A stretch of DNA of 64,000 bases from Candidatus Micrarchaeota archaeon (lineage in GTDB: Archaea; Micrarchaeota; Micrarchaeia; Anstonellales; Bilamarchaeaceae). Positions 47,596-56,141 of this stretch are shown piece by piece. Position 1 is the stretch's first letter. The number at the start of each line of letters is the position of its first letter. The notes under the pieces were generated by a model that made no database searches, was not told the DNA's origin, and worked only from the letters and a program-made list of their open reading frames with translations. The DNA is taken from contig JBFMEZ010000004.1 in NCBI GenBank assembly GCA_040753215.1, positions 4,015-68,014 on the forward strand, read 5' to 3'. The position numbers and the translations under genes were made by a program.

Positions 47596-49232
47596 TTGGC
47601 TTGTTTGGGAAGGGAAAGGAAAGCAAGGTGGAGAAGGCGAGGGCAGCGAAAGGCAACCAGCACATATTCAGCAAGGAGGAAGAGGAGAAGAGGAAAAAGA
47701 AGGAGGAGCTCTGGGAGAAGAAGAAGTACATAGTGCAGGCGCGCGTGATAGACATCACCACCGGGAGGCACATAGTTGTGCTGAACGAGGAGGAGGCGGT
47801 GGAGAATGACATCTACCAGGGGTACAGGGTGGATTTGAAAACCACGGGCGGGGAGCTCGTGTGCATAGTGGACCTGAGCAGGGAAATGGTGAAGAGGGGG
47901 GAGGTGGGGGTTTTCGGCGATGTGGCGCGTGCGCTGAAGATGGAGGAAGGGGACATAGTGCAGATAGCCAAGATGGAGAGGCCCGCGAGCGTTGAGTACA
48001 TAAAAAAGAAGCTGGACGGGGAGAGCCTGGAGGACCTGCAGATACATACTATAATAGACGACCTCATGGACAACAGGCTGAGCGAGGCGGAGCTGGCCTC
48101 GTGGATTACCGCGACATACATAAACGGGATGAGCGAGGAGGAGGTGGTTTCGCTCACCAATTCCATCGTTGGTTCGGGGAGCACGCTCGACTTAAAAGTG
48201 TCGCCAATTGCGGATAAACACTGTGTGGGCGGAGTTGCGGGAAACAGGACTACTATGGTGCTTGTGCCGATACTTGCGGCAGCAGGAATCTACATACCGA
48301 AAACATCTTCCCGTGCAATCACCTCCGCGGCCGGGACCGCGGACACGATGGAGGTGCTCGCGCCGGTGGATTTCAGCGTGGAGGAGATGAAGAGGGTCGT
48401 GCTCAAGACGCGCGGGGCGATTGCCTGGGGGGGCGGGATGAACCTTGCATCCGCGGACGACAGGCTGATAAAGATAAGGAACCCGCTTGCGCTGGACCCG
48501 AGGGGGATGCTGCTCGCGAGCATACTCGCGAAGAAGAAGAGCGTGGGCGCGCAGTACGTGGTTGTGGATTTGCCGCTGGGGAGAGGGGTCAAGGTCGCGA
48601 ACATGGATGATGCGGAAAGGCTCGGCGCGGACTTCATCAAGCTGGGGAAGAGGCTGGACATGGTGATCGAGGGGCTCATCACCGAGGGCTCGGAGCCGGT
48701 GGGGAACGGGATAGGGCCTGCGCTGGAGGTGAAGGATGTGATGCAGGTGCTGCAGGGGCAGGGGCCAGCGGACCTCAGGTCCAAGAGCGCGCTGCTTGCC
48801 GGCAAACTGTTCGAGCTGATAGGGAAGGTTAAGGAGGGAGAGGGCTACGACACGGCGATGACATTCCTGCAGAACGGCAAGGCGTGGGAGAAGATGAAGG
48901 AGATAATCGCGGAGCAGGGAGGGGACCCGAAGGTGAGGGAGTCGGACCTCCCCATCGGGCAGTATAAGCATACCGTGAAGGCGGACAGGGAGGGCAAGAT
49001 AAGCCACATAGACAACAAGAGGATTTCCAAGATTGCGCGCGCGGCAGGCGCCCCCAAAAACAGGGGGGCGGGGGTTTATCTTTACAGGCTGAAGGGGGAC
49101 AGGGTCAAGCCCGGGGACCTGCTGTTCGACATTTATGCGGAAACAGAATCCTCGCTGGATTACGCTATAAAGGCCCTGGATGTGTGGTACCCGATCGAGC
49201 TGGAGAAGATGCTGCTCGGGACGCTGAGATGA
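47592..49232 (+). CDS. deoA: AMP phosphorylase (thymidine phosphorylase family)
   Basis: DKHCVGGVAGNRTT, PKTSSRAITSAAGTAD, ASILAKK, GIGPALE and ARAAGAP. Confidence 0.93.
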   Translation: MIGLFGKGKESKVEKARAAKGNQHIFSKEEEEKRKKKEELWEKKKYIVQARVIDITTGRHIVVLNEEEAVENDIYQGYRVDLKTTGGELVCIVDLSREMVKRGEVGVFGDVARALKMEEGDIVQIAKMERPASVEYIKKKLDGESLEDLQIHTIIDDLMDNRLSEAELASWITATYINGMSEEEVVSLTNSIVGSGSTLDLKVSPIADKHCVGGVAGNRTTMVLVPILAAAGIYIPKTSSRAITSAAGTADTMEVLAPVDFSVEEMKRVVLKTRGAIAWGGGMNLASADDRLIKIRNPLALDPRGMLLASILAKKKSVGAQYVVVDLPLGRGVKVANMDDAERLGADFIKLGKRLDMVIEGLITEGSEPVGNGIGPALEVKDVMQVLQGQGPADLRSKSALLAGKLFELIGKVKEGEGYDTAMTFLQNGKAWEKMKEIIAEQGGDPKVRESDLPIGQYKHTVKADREGKISHIDNKRISKIARAAGAPKNRGAGVYLYRLKGDRVKPGDLLFDIYAETESSLDYAIKALDVWYPIELEKMLLGTLR

Positions 49233-49270
49233 GCACGAGACTGGGAACCGGAAACCGGTAACTCAAACCG

Positions 49271-49323
49271 TGAACCAGACCTCCGCTCTTCCTGCCCTTC
49301 CGTTGCTCTGGAGGTTTGGTTCA
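49271..49323. repeat. Palindromic element family P, copy 2
   Basis: TGAACCAGACCTCC...GGAGGTTTGGTTCA, preceded by heptamers GGAACCG GAAACCG. Confidence 0.88.
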
Positions 49324-49394
49324 GTGAAGCCATGGGAAAAAAGGGAAACGAAAGGGCGGCTTCACGGTTTGACAGGAAACCACCGAGGTATGCA

Positions 49395-50195
49395 ATGAAT
49401 ATAGAGACGGTAATCCTTGACATGGACGGCGTTGTGTTCAGGGGGCAGAGCGCGATTCCCGGGGCGCGGGAAGCGGTTGACGCGATGGAGCGGGAGGGGC
49501 TGGGGGTATTCTTCCTCACAAACAACGGGTCCCGCACAAGGAAGCATTTCCTCGGGAAACTGCTTTCCGCGGGAATAAGGACAAGCGAGGAAAAGGTCTA
49601 TTCCACCAGCTACGGCGCGGTGAAATACATAGAGGAGAATTTCCCGGGGAAGAGCGTGTACGTGATTAACGAGATGGCGAGGGACGAGTTTCTTGAGGCG
49701 GGGCTTGCATGCGAAGAGAGCGAGAAAGCGGAAGTGGTGGTTGCGGGGCTGGACAGGAAACTGACTTATGAGAAGCTTGCGCTTGCATTCAGGGCGATTG
49801 TGAACGGTGCGGAGTTCATCGCAACAAACGAGGACCCCTCTTATCCGGTGGAGGACGGGCTGCTTCCGGGCGCGGGGGCGATAGTCGCCGCGCTCGCATA
49901 CTCAACCGGCAGGAAGCCCATTGTGGTAGGGAAGCCGGAGCCGTATATGCTGGACCTGATTGTGAGGGAGCACGGGCTGGAGAAAGGGAAAGCGCTAATG
50001 GTTGGGGACAAGCTGGAGACGGACATACTCATGGCGAAGGAGGAGGGGATGGTGAGCGCGCTCGTGCTCACCGGAGTAACTTCCCGTGCGGAAGCGATGC
50101 AGGGGAGGATTAAGCCGGATTTTGTTTTGGATTCCATAAGGGAGATTCCAGGGATGATAAGGAATCTGGAGGCTACTCGACGGTCACAGATTTAG
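49395..50195 (+). CDS. HAD-IIA family hydrolase (NagD-like)
   Basis: LDMDGV, LTNN, ATNED, PGAG, GKP, VGDKLETDI and VLTGV. Confidence 0.93.
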   Translation: MNIETVILDMDGVVFRGQSAIPGAREAVDAMEREGLGVFFLTNNGSRTRKHFLGKLLSAGIRTSEEKVYSTSYGAVKYIEENFPGKSVYVINEMARDEFLEAGLACEESEKAEVVVAGLDRKLTYEKLALAFRAIVNGAEFIATNEDPSYPVEDGLLPGAGAIVAALAYSTGRKPIVVGKPEPYMLDLIVREHGLEKGKALMVGDKLETDILMAKEEGMVSALVLTGVTSRAEAMQGRIKPDFVLDSIREIPGMIRNLEATRRSQI

Positions 50196-53100
50196 CCAGG
50201 TGCCTCGGGCGGTCCGGGTTTATGCCTGCGCCCACGCTCGCATGGTAGGCGAGGAGCTGGAGCGGGGCAACCAACGCGAAGGGGCAGAAGAGCGGGTCGG
50301 TTTTCGGGATGGCTATCGAAACATCGGATTCCTCCGCGATTTCCCTGCTATCGGTGAGGGAGATTACGAAGCCGCCCCTTGCCCTCACTTCTTTTATGTT
50401 CCCGAGCATCTTGTATACGCTCTCGTCATCCGGGGCGAGGGCGATGACCGGGACCCCCTCCTCAATCAGGGAAAGGGGGCCGTGCTTCAGCTCCCCCCCG
50501 GGATACGCTTCCGCGTGCCTGTAGGAGATTTCCTTGAATTTGAGGGCCCCCTCCATCGCAATCGGGAGCGAGAGGCCCCTGCCGAGGAAGAAGAGGTTCT
50601 GCCTTCCCTTCAGCTTTTCAGCCATTCTCCTTATTTCTTCCTCCTTGCCGAGCGAGGAGCTTATCAGCCCGGGGATTCCGGAGAAGTCCCAGCCGGGGAA
50701 AAGGAGCTTGTATATGACTGCCAGCTGGGAGGTGAAGGTCTTTGTGGCCGCAACCGAGACCTCAGGCCCGGAATTGAGGTAGACTACCTCGTCCGCGATG
50801 CGGGTGATGGAGGAGCCGACCACATTTGTGAGGGCGAGTATCCTTGCCCCTTCCTTCTTTGCGTATTCAAGCGCCCTCATCGTGTCTGCGGTTTCCCCGG
50901 ACTGGGAGATTGCGATTGCCAGGGTTTCGCTGTCGGGGTTTGCGACGAACGGGTATTCCGAGGCGATTATCGCATCGCAGCCCTTCCCGAGGCATTTCTG
51001 GGAGAGGTGCCTGAACACCAAAGCCGCATGGTGGGAGGTGCCGCAGGCGGTTATGTGGAGTTTCTTGAACCGGGACAGGAGGGAGTGGGCCCTGGAAACA
51101 TCGGTTGCGAGCGAATCAGTGACGCAATGCTTTTGTTCGTATATCTCCTTGAGCATGAAATGGGGGCGGCCGCCCTTTTCCGCCATCTCCGCGGACCAGT
51201 TTACTGTCATCGGCTTCTTCTGTATTTCGTTTCCTTCCAAAGAATAGAATTTTATGGACTCCGGCCTCAGGATTGCGGCTTCAAGCTCGCCGAGCGGCAC
51301 GAAGGTTTTCGTATGCGCGAGCATCGCGGTCATGTCCGAGGCGGCGAAGCTCCCGTCTTTCCCGAATCCGATTACAAGCGGGCTGTTCTTCCTCGCCGCG
51401 TAGAGTTTTCTCTCGCCCTGCGAGAGGAGGGCGATTGCGAACGAGCCTTTCAGCTTTTTCAGGGAGGAAAGGAATGCGGAGAAGGTGTCTTTTCCGTCCT
51501 TCTTCTCTTCCTCCGCGAGATGGGCGAAGACTTCCGAATCGGTTTCGGACGAGAACCTGTGGCCCTTCTTTTTCAGCTCTTCGCGCAGTTCCCGGTAATT
51601 TTCTATCACCCCATTATGCACTATTGCGATTTTCCCTGTGCAGTCCGTGTGCGGGTGGGCATTCGCCATGGAGGGTGCGCCGTGGGTTGCCCAGCGGGAA
51701 TTGTGGCTCACTAAACCGTTTGCAATAAAGTTCTCTGTTCCTGGAACGCTGATATCGTACACTTTCTCGGTATCGCTTGCAAACTTCCTTATTTCGCTAA
51801 TTGGCTGGGAGATAACGTCGCTCTCTAAAAATCTGGAAAGCGCCCGGAATGCCTCCGAATCCTCTTCCAGCTCATCCATAAACTGCAGAACGCCCATTTC
51901 TGTAAAGAAAGCGTCCTTTGGCCGCAAAGAGCGGCTCTTAATCTCAAAAACCGAAGAAATCTCGCCTTTGGTGAGAGGAACCGACTTGTATGAGAAGGAA
52001 ATGCCTGGTCTTAGGGAAGACAGGATTGTTTTTGCTTTTTCCTGTTTTTCACAGCTGGTAAAACCTATGGACTTCATGAAAGCAGAGATGCCGTTGAAAT
52101 TGCTGATTTGCAGCCTGTAGGATGGACCCCATTTGGTAGGATTAACCGAGAATGATGCAACTATCCCAAACCTAAGAAGTAGGATTTGTACGGTACGGAT
52201 TATTTGCTGGTTTCTCATACTTATCATTATCTGTCGCGAACGCATGCCGCAAGCAGCTTCGGCATCAAATAAGCCGCGCAAAAGTCCTGCGATTTCATTT
52301 TTACTGGTTTTGCCCAAGAATACTGGAATCGATTTCTTCTCCCAAGGCATGCAAATCTCCGGAAAATTTTCCCTTAGCCAGTCGCAAACAAATTTGCTGT
52401 TCATCTCCAGCATGTAGGCATTTGCTTCAGGGAGTTTAACTATTCTGCTCTTAAGGTTAAATAGGCTCTTGGCTAACGCCGCATAACTTTCAAGAATATC
52501 TTTCCTTGCATCCTTGAAGCGGATGCATCTCTTTTTCACATTTCCATCCCCTATGAGATAGCCGAGGAACTGCAAAAGCTCCATGCTTGTTTTTTCTGGA
52601 AGGGTTATGTCCTTACCGTGTATTGAATAAACAGGCTTAAACCTGCCTCTGCTTATTCCTGTGGATGAACAGATCTTTTCAAGAAAAGCTTCCTCCAGGT
52701 TTCTGTCCATATTTATGAAGTGTGCCAATATGGATTCATCTAACCCTGATGAAGCGGCAAACTCCCTGCGGGCCATCCCATTCTTCTTCAGAAACGCCTT
52801 AAAATCGTCCACAACATCCCGGCCGTAGGAATAGTAGCGCTTTGCGGGGACACTTCTGAGCGGCTGCAGTGAGCCATCTAAATCTATTCTCTTTGCGCAT
52901 ACCATAAGGTCGCCGGTCTTGAGGTCCTTTGCTTTCTTATCAATTATTTTTTGATCCTCAAAAACAAACATCCGGTGCTCTCCAGTGCAAATGATTGAAT
53001 TGACCGGAGTCTTTATCTCATAAAGTTCTGCAGGGCTCCTGTGCTCCAAAAAGCTGCAATTCTGCTTCTTGAAATGGAGCGAACCGAAATCTAAGGTGCA

Positions 53101-53394
53101 GACCTCATCGTTTTCTGCGATGTCCTTTATTTTGCATACCCTTCCGTCAGATAACTGCACGTATGTATCTGGATGGAGGCAGTGGCCTATCGCCGTTATT
53201 CCATCAAGCGAAGTGAATTGCTGGGATGCGGATACTTCATCCACCATCCCCTTGTCCTTGCGTATGGTTATTCCCTGCGGGGTATCAACTGCAATGCCTA
53301 CAGAATCATATCCGCGGTATTCTAAGGTCCGGAGGCCGTTATTTATTATTTCGGAAGCCTTCCTGTTTCCCACATAGCCGATTATCCCGCACAT
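50173..53394 (-). CDS. glmS: Glutamine-fructose-6-phosphate aminotransferase with an intein
   Basis: MCGIIG, LEYRGYDS, RWATHG, HNG, SQSGETADT, GALKFKE, ELKHGP and LAKSVTVE. Confidence 0.97.
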   Translation of the reverse strand: MCGIIGYVGNRKASEIINNGLRTLEYRGYDSVGIAVDTPQGITIRKDKGMVDEVSASQQFTSLDGITAIGHCLHPDTYVQLSDGRVCKIKDIAENDEVCTLDFGSLHFKKQNCSFLEHRSPAELYEIKTPVNSIICTGEHRMFVFEDQKIIDKKAKDLKTGDLMVCAKRIDLDGSLQPLRSVPAKRYYSYGRDVVDDFKAFLKKNGMARREFAASSGLDESILAHFINMDRNLEEAFLEKICSSTGISRGRFKPVYSIHGKDITLPEKTSMELLQFLGYLIGDGNVKKRCIRFKDARKDILESYAALAKSLFNLKSRIVKLPEANAYMLEMNSKFVCDWLRENFPEICMPWEKKSIPVFLGKTSKNEIAGLLRGLFDAEAACGMRSRQIMISMRNQQIIRTVQILLLRFGIVASFSVNPTKWGPSYRLQISNFNGISAFMKSIGFTSCEKQEKAKTILSSLRPGISFSYKSVPLTKGEISSVFEIKSRSLRPKDAFFTEMGVLQFMDELEEDSEAFRALSRFLESDVISQPISEIRKFASDTEKVYDISVPGTENFIANGLVSHNSRWATHGAPSMANAHPHTDCTGKIAIVHNGVIENYRELREELKKKGHRFSSETDSEVFAHLAEEEKKDGKDTFSAFLSSLKKLKGSFAIALLSQGERKLYAARKNSPLVIGFGKDGSFAASDMTAMLAHTKTFVPLGELEAAILRPESIKFYSLEGNEIQKKPMTVNWSAEMAEKGGRPHFMLKEIYEQKHCVTDSLATDVSRAHSLLSRFKKLHITACGTSHHAALVFRHLSQKCLGKGCDAIIASEYPFVANPDSETLAIAISQSGETADTMRALEYAKKEGARILALTNVVGSSITRIADEVVYLNSGPEVSVAATKTFTSQLAVIYKLLFPGWDFSGIPGLISSSLGKEEEIRRMAEKLKGRQNLFFLGRGLSLPIAMEGALKFKEISYRHAEAYPGGELKHGPLSLIEEGVPVIALAPDDESVYKMLGNIKEVRARGGFVISLTDSREIAEESDVSIAIPKTDPLFCPFALVAPLQLLAYHASVGAGINPDRPRHLAKSVTVE
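51700..53181 (-). mobile_element. Intein (494 aa) with LAGLIDADG homing endonuclease and HTH insert
   Basis: AIGH|CLHPDT ... TGEHRMF ... FLGYLIGDG ... LRGLFDAE ... VYDISV..TENFIANGLVSHN|SRWATHG; lower GC than the host gene. Confidence 0.95.
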
Positions 53395-53440
53395 ACAAAC
53401 ACCAGAACGTTAAGCAGGTGGAACAAAGCCTTTTTAATAC

Positions 53441-53465
53441 TACTATTGAAAAAACTTTAATAGTA
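53441..53465. promoter_or_regulatory. Imperfect palindrome between divergent glmS and the ArsR-like regulator (operator candidate)
   Basis: TACTATTGAA-AAAAC-TTTAATAGTA: 10-bp arms with one mismatch, overlapping AT-rich promoter DNA. Confidence 0.45.
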
Positions 53466-53491
53466 TGTAAAAAAATTTGATAGTGGTATGC

Positions 53492-54388
53492 ATGAGGCTG
53501 GTGGACGAAGAAGGGAAGGCGATGGGCTGCAGGGAGGTGGCGGCAGGGGACGCCGGGGTCCTGTCCGGGGAGAGGATGCGGATACTGCGCCTTTTGTGTG
53601 AAGGTGCAGCGTACCCCGCGGAAATCGCAAGGAGGATGGGGCTGCCCGTGCAGACCATATATTATCATATAAGGCTGCTGGAGAAGGCGGGGCTGATTGA
53701 TTTCGTTGAATACAGGGAGCTGAACGGGGGGATGGCGAAGAGATACGCGTGCAGGGCGGACGGGTTCGCGGTGGTCGTGAACCCCCGCGCATGGAAGGAG
53801 GGCGGAGGGGCAGGGAAGAAGACGCCCAGGATGCTGGAGCCTTTCGTGAGGAACGGGTTCTTTGACGGGCTGGTGGTGGTGGGCTCGCCGGACCCGCACG
53901 GGAAATACAGGGCAAGGGCAAGCGAGCTTGGAGCGCTGGAGCTTGCCATGTACCTCGGGCAGCATGCGTCCTTCAGCTTCCCGCTGTATGCGCTGGACAC
54001 GCAGGTGAGGGCGCCGGACAGGGAGAGGAACCTCATACTCGCCGGAGGGCCGAAGGTGAACACGCTGGTCGCGGAGATGAACGATTCGCTGCCCATAAGG
54101 TTTGACGAGAGGAATTTTGAGCTGCGGAGCACCCTTTCGGGGAAGAGGTATGCGGAGAATATAGGTGTGGTTGAGCTGGTGAAAAGCCCGTTTGCGGCGA
54201 AAAAAAGCGTGCTGGTCGTGGGGGGTCTGAACCAGCACGGGACAAGGGCGGCGGTCATAGCGATAGTGAAGCGGATGGGGGAGCTGGAGAAGGGGAATGC
54301 TGTGCGGCCCAAGACACTTGCGAAAGTGGTGGAGGGGTTTGATGAGGACGGGGACGGGGTTGTGGATGCGGTTGAGATATTAGAGTAG
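53492..54388 (+). CDS. ArsR-type wHTH protein with uncharacterised C-terminal domain
   Basis: RMRILRLL...YPAEIARRMG...IYYHIRLLEKAGLI; C-terminal VVVGSPDPHG, NLILAGGPKVN and GTRAA. Confidence 0.8.
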   Translation: MRLVDEEGKAMGCREVAAGDAGVLSGERMRILRLLCEGAAYPAEIARRMGLPVQTIYYHIRLLEKAGLIDFVEYRELNGGMAKRYACRADGFAVVVNPRAWKEGGGAGKKTPRMLEPFVRNGFFDGLVVVGSPDPHGKYRARASELGALELAMYLGQHASFSFPLYALDTQVRAPDRERNLILAGGPKVNTLVAEMNDSLPIRFDERNFELRSTLSGKRYAENIGVVELVKSPFAAKKSVLVVGGLNQHGTRAAVIAIVKRMGELEKGNAVRPKTLAKVVEGFDEDGDGVVDAVEILE

Positions 54389-55114
54389 GGAGAGGCATTC
54401 CTCCTCCATCGGATGGAGCTTCGCGGGGAAGCAGAGGCAGAAGGGCGGCTTTCCGAGATTCTTTTTCTTTAGTTGTTCACGGGAGCCGTAGGAGATTTTC
54501 TCATCCGAGTGGCCAATGCGGCTGAGAACGACCAGCTTATCGAAAACTTTCTTCCCGTATTTCTTCTCCATTTTTTCCAATTGCTCGAGGGCGAATTTTG
54601 CATCCATAGGGCCAAGCTCCGGGTCGGTATCAAGAAGAAGAAGTGTATGCATATCCCCGGAAAGATTTTGCTCGATTAACTTGAGAGGGGAAGTGGGCTC
54701 ATAATTCTTCCTCCAATATGCCAAGGTTACGGTTTTTCCGAACCTGTAGGGCTGGAGGCCGGACTTTCCCGATGCGGCGGAGAGGATGGAGGAGTTGTGG
54801 ATTACGCGGACTGGAATTTTGGCTTTCTTCGCATCTATGATCAGGGAGATGTGGGTGGTCGCGGCGAGGGGGTCGCCGGCCACGAGCAGGCAGACGTGCT
54901 GCTGTTTTGCCTTCTGGATTAGGAAGGGGCTTTCAACTTTGTCTCTTGGAAGGCGGGCCGCTTTACGGCCGATTAGTTTTTCGAGCTTCGCGATTTTATT
55001 TTCTTCAAGAGGCATTGTGTAAGATTCTAAATAAAGCTCATCCGCTTCCTTTGCCTCTTTCAATCCTTTTAATGTAATGTCGAATGCAATTCCCAAGCCT
55101 ACAAGAGAGAGCAT
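54380..55114 (-). CDS. dph5: Diphthine synthase
   Basis: LVGLG, LESYT, GDPLAATTH, GLQPYRFG, HTLLLLD and LHPMEEE. Confidence 0.94.
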   Translation of the reverse strand: MLSLVGLGIAFDITLKGLKEAKEADELYLESYTMPLEENKIAKLEKLIGRKAARLPRDKVESPFLIQKAKQQHVCLLVAGDPLAATTHISLIIDAKKAKIPVRVIHNSSILSAASGKSGLQPYRFGKTVTLAYWRKNYEPTSPLKLIEQNLSGDMHTLLLLDTDPELGPMDAKFALEQLEKMEKKYGKKVFDKLVVLSRIGHSDEKISYGSREQLKKKNLGKPPFCLCFPAKLHPMEEECLSLL

Positions 55115-55130
55115 AAGCCTCACAAATAGA

Positions 55131-55475
55131 TTACTCCGGCTTGGCCAATTTCCGCAGTTTTGCCTCAAGCTGCGGCAAATCGGCTTTCACAACATCCCAG
55201 ACTATTTCATAATCAATGATGTCATACGCATGGATTATCCTGTTTCTCATCCCTATTATTTTTCTCCATTCTATTTCCTTATGCCGATTCCTGAACGATT
55301 CGCTGAGCTTTGAGGATGCTTCCCCGATTATCTCAAGATTCCTCACAACCGCATCCCGCAGCATTTCGTTCTCCACGAATTCTTCTTTTTTCACATCCTT
55401 ACAATATCTTTTGATCCGCCCCAACGCACCGAGAATATCGTCGACATACACTAGGTCATCCCTTTCCGCCGCCAT
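55131..55475 (-). CDS. HepT-like HEPN ribonuclease toxin (DUF86)
   Basis: AVVRNLEIIGEA and GMRNRIIHAY (Rx4HxY). Confidence 0.93.
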   Translation of the reverse strand: MAAERDDLVYVDDILGALGRIKRYCKDVKKEEFVENEMLRDAVVRNLEIIGEASSKLSESFRNRHKEIEWRKIIGMRNRIIHAYDIIDYEIVWDVVKADLPQLEAKLRKLAKPE

Positions 55476-55756
55476 CAGAATACCACCGCCATGTCTTTTT
55501 TGATATGATTCAGAATGCGCGGCTTCATTGAGCGGAGCAGAACGACGTCGACGTGTTTTCCGGTCTTATCCTCAAGCTCCTGCTCCACGCCAACAAGGTC
55601 GAGGAGCGAGAACTTTCCTTTCGGCGGCTCTATCGCTATGTCTATGTCATTGTACTTCGGCTCATTTCTTGCAAAGCTGCCGAACAAATATGCTTTTTTT
55701 ATGCCGTGCCCGGCAAGCACCTGTTTTATTCTCTGGATTATTTCCTCGCGCTTCAT
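55475..55756 (-). CDS. MntA-like minimal nucleotidyltransferase antitoxin
   Basis: LFGSFAR...NDIDI and VDVV; coupled to DUF86. Confidence 0.92.
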   Translation of the reverse strand: MKREEIIQRIKQVLAGHGIKKAYLFGSFARNEPKYNDIDIAIEPPKGKFSLLDLVGVEQELEDKTGKHVDVVLLRSMKPRILNHIKKDMAVVF

Positions 55757-55810
55757 GGCTTAGGATAGGCGCAAAGATGATTAAAATACTTTTCTTTAGG
55801 TGCCACAACC

Positions 55811-56131
55811 GAGCCTGTTGCAAATTACGGATGCGGCATAATCTCTGTGGTCTCCTGGTCTTGGGGGTCTTGGAGTCTGGTGAACCTCCACGGCGTGAAG
55901 TCTTGAGTTGTCCTGAGGGTCCTGAAAGTCACACAAGACCTGAAGACCATGCAAGACCTGAAGACCATGCAAGACCTGAAGACCATGCAAGACCTGAAGA
56001 CCATGCAAGACCTGGAGACCATGCAAGACCTGGAGACCATGCAAGACCTGGAGACCATGCAAGACCTGGAGACCATGCAAGACCTGGTGACAACAGCTAA
56101 CGGGCATCGGTTTTAAATTTGCAACACCCCA
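55811..56131 (-). mobile_element. MITE-like element M, copy 2 (inverted relative to copy 1)
   Basis: Ends GAGCCTGTTGCAAATT and AATTTGCAACACCC; the unique parts are the reverse complement of 45018-45472. Confidence 0.82.
55934..56087 (+). repeat. 18-bp tandem repeat, about 8.5 units
   Basis: CAAGACCTGAAGACCATG x4, then CAAGACCTGGAGACCATG x4 and a partial unit; no spacers. Confidence 0.95.
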
Positions 56132-56141
56132 ATTCTAATCC

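Noticed and set aside
55934-56087. Possible CRISPR array (also 45055-45235)
   Set aside because: Units are head-to-tail 18-19 bp with no unique spacers, and there are no cas genes in the window. It is a tandem repeat inside a MITE-like element.
55528-56107. Repeat-peptide ORFs (RPEDHA / LQVLHG / SRSCMV), also at 44976-45481
   Set aside because: They are open only because the 18-bp unit lacks stops in several frames; there are no start signals or protein features.
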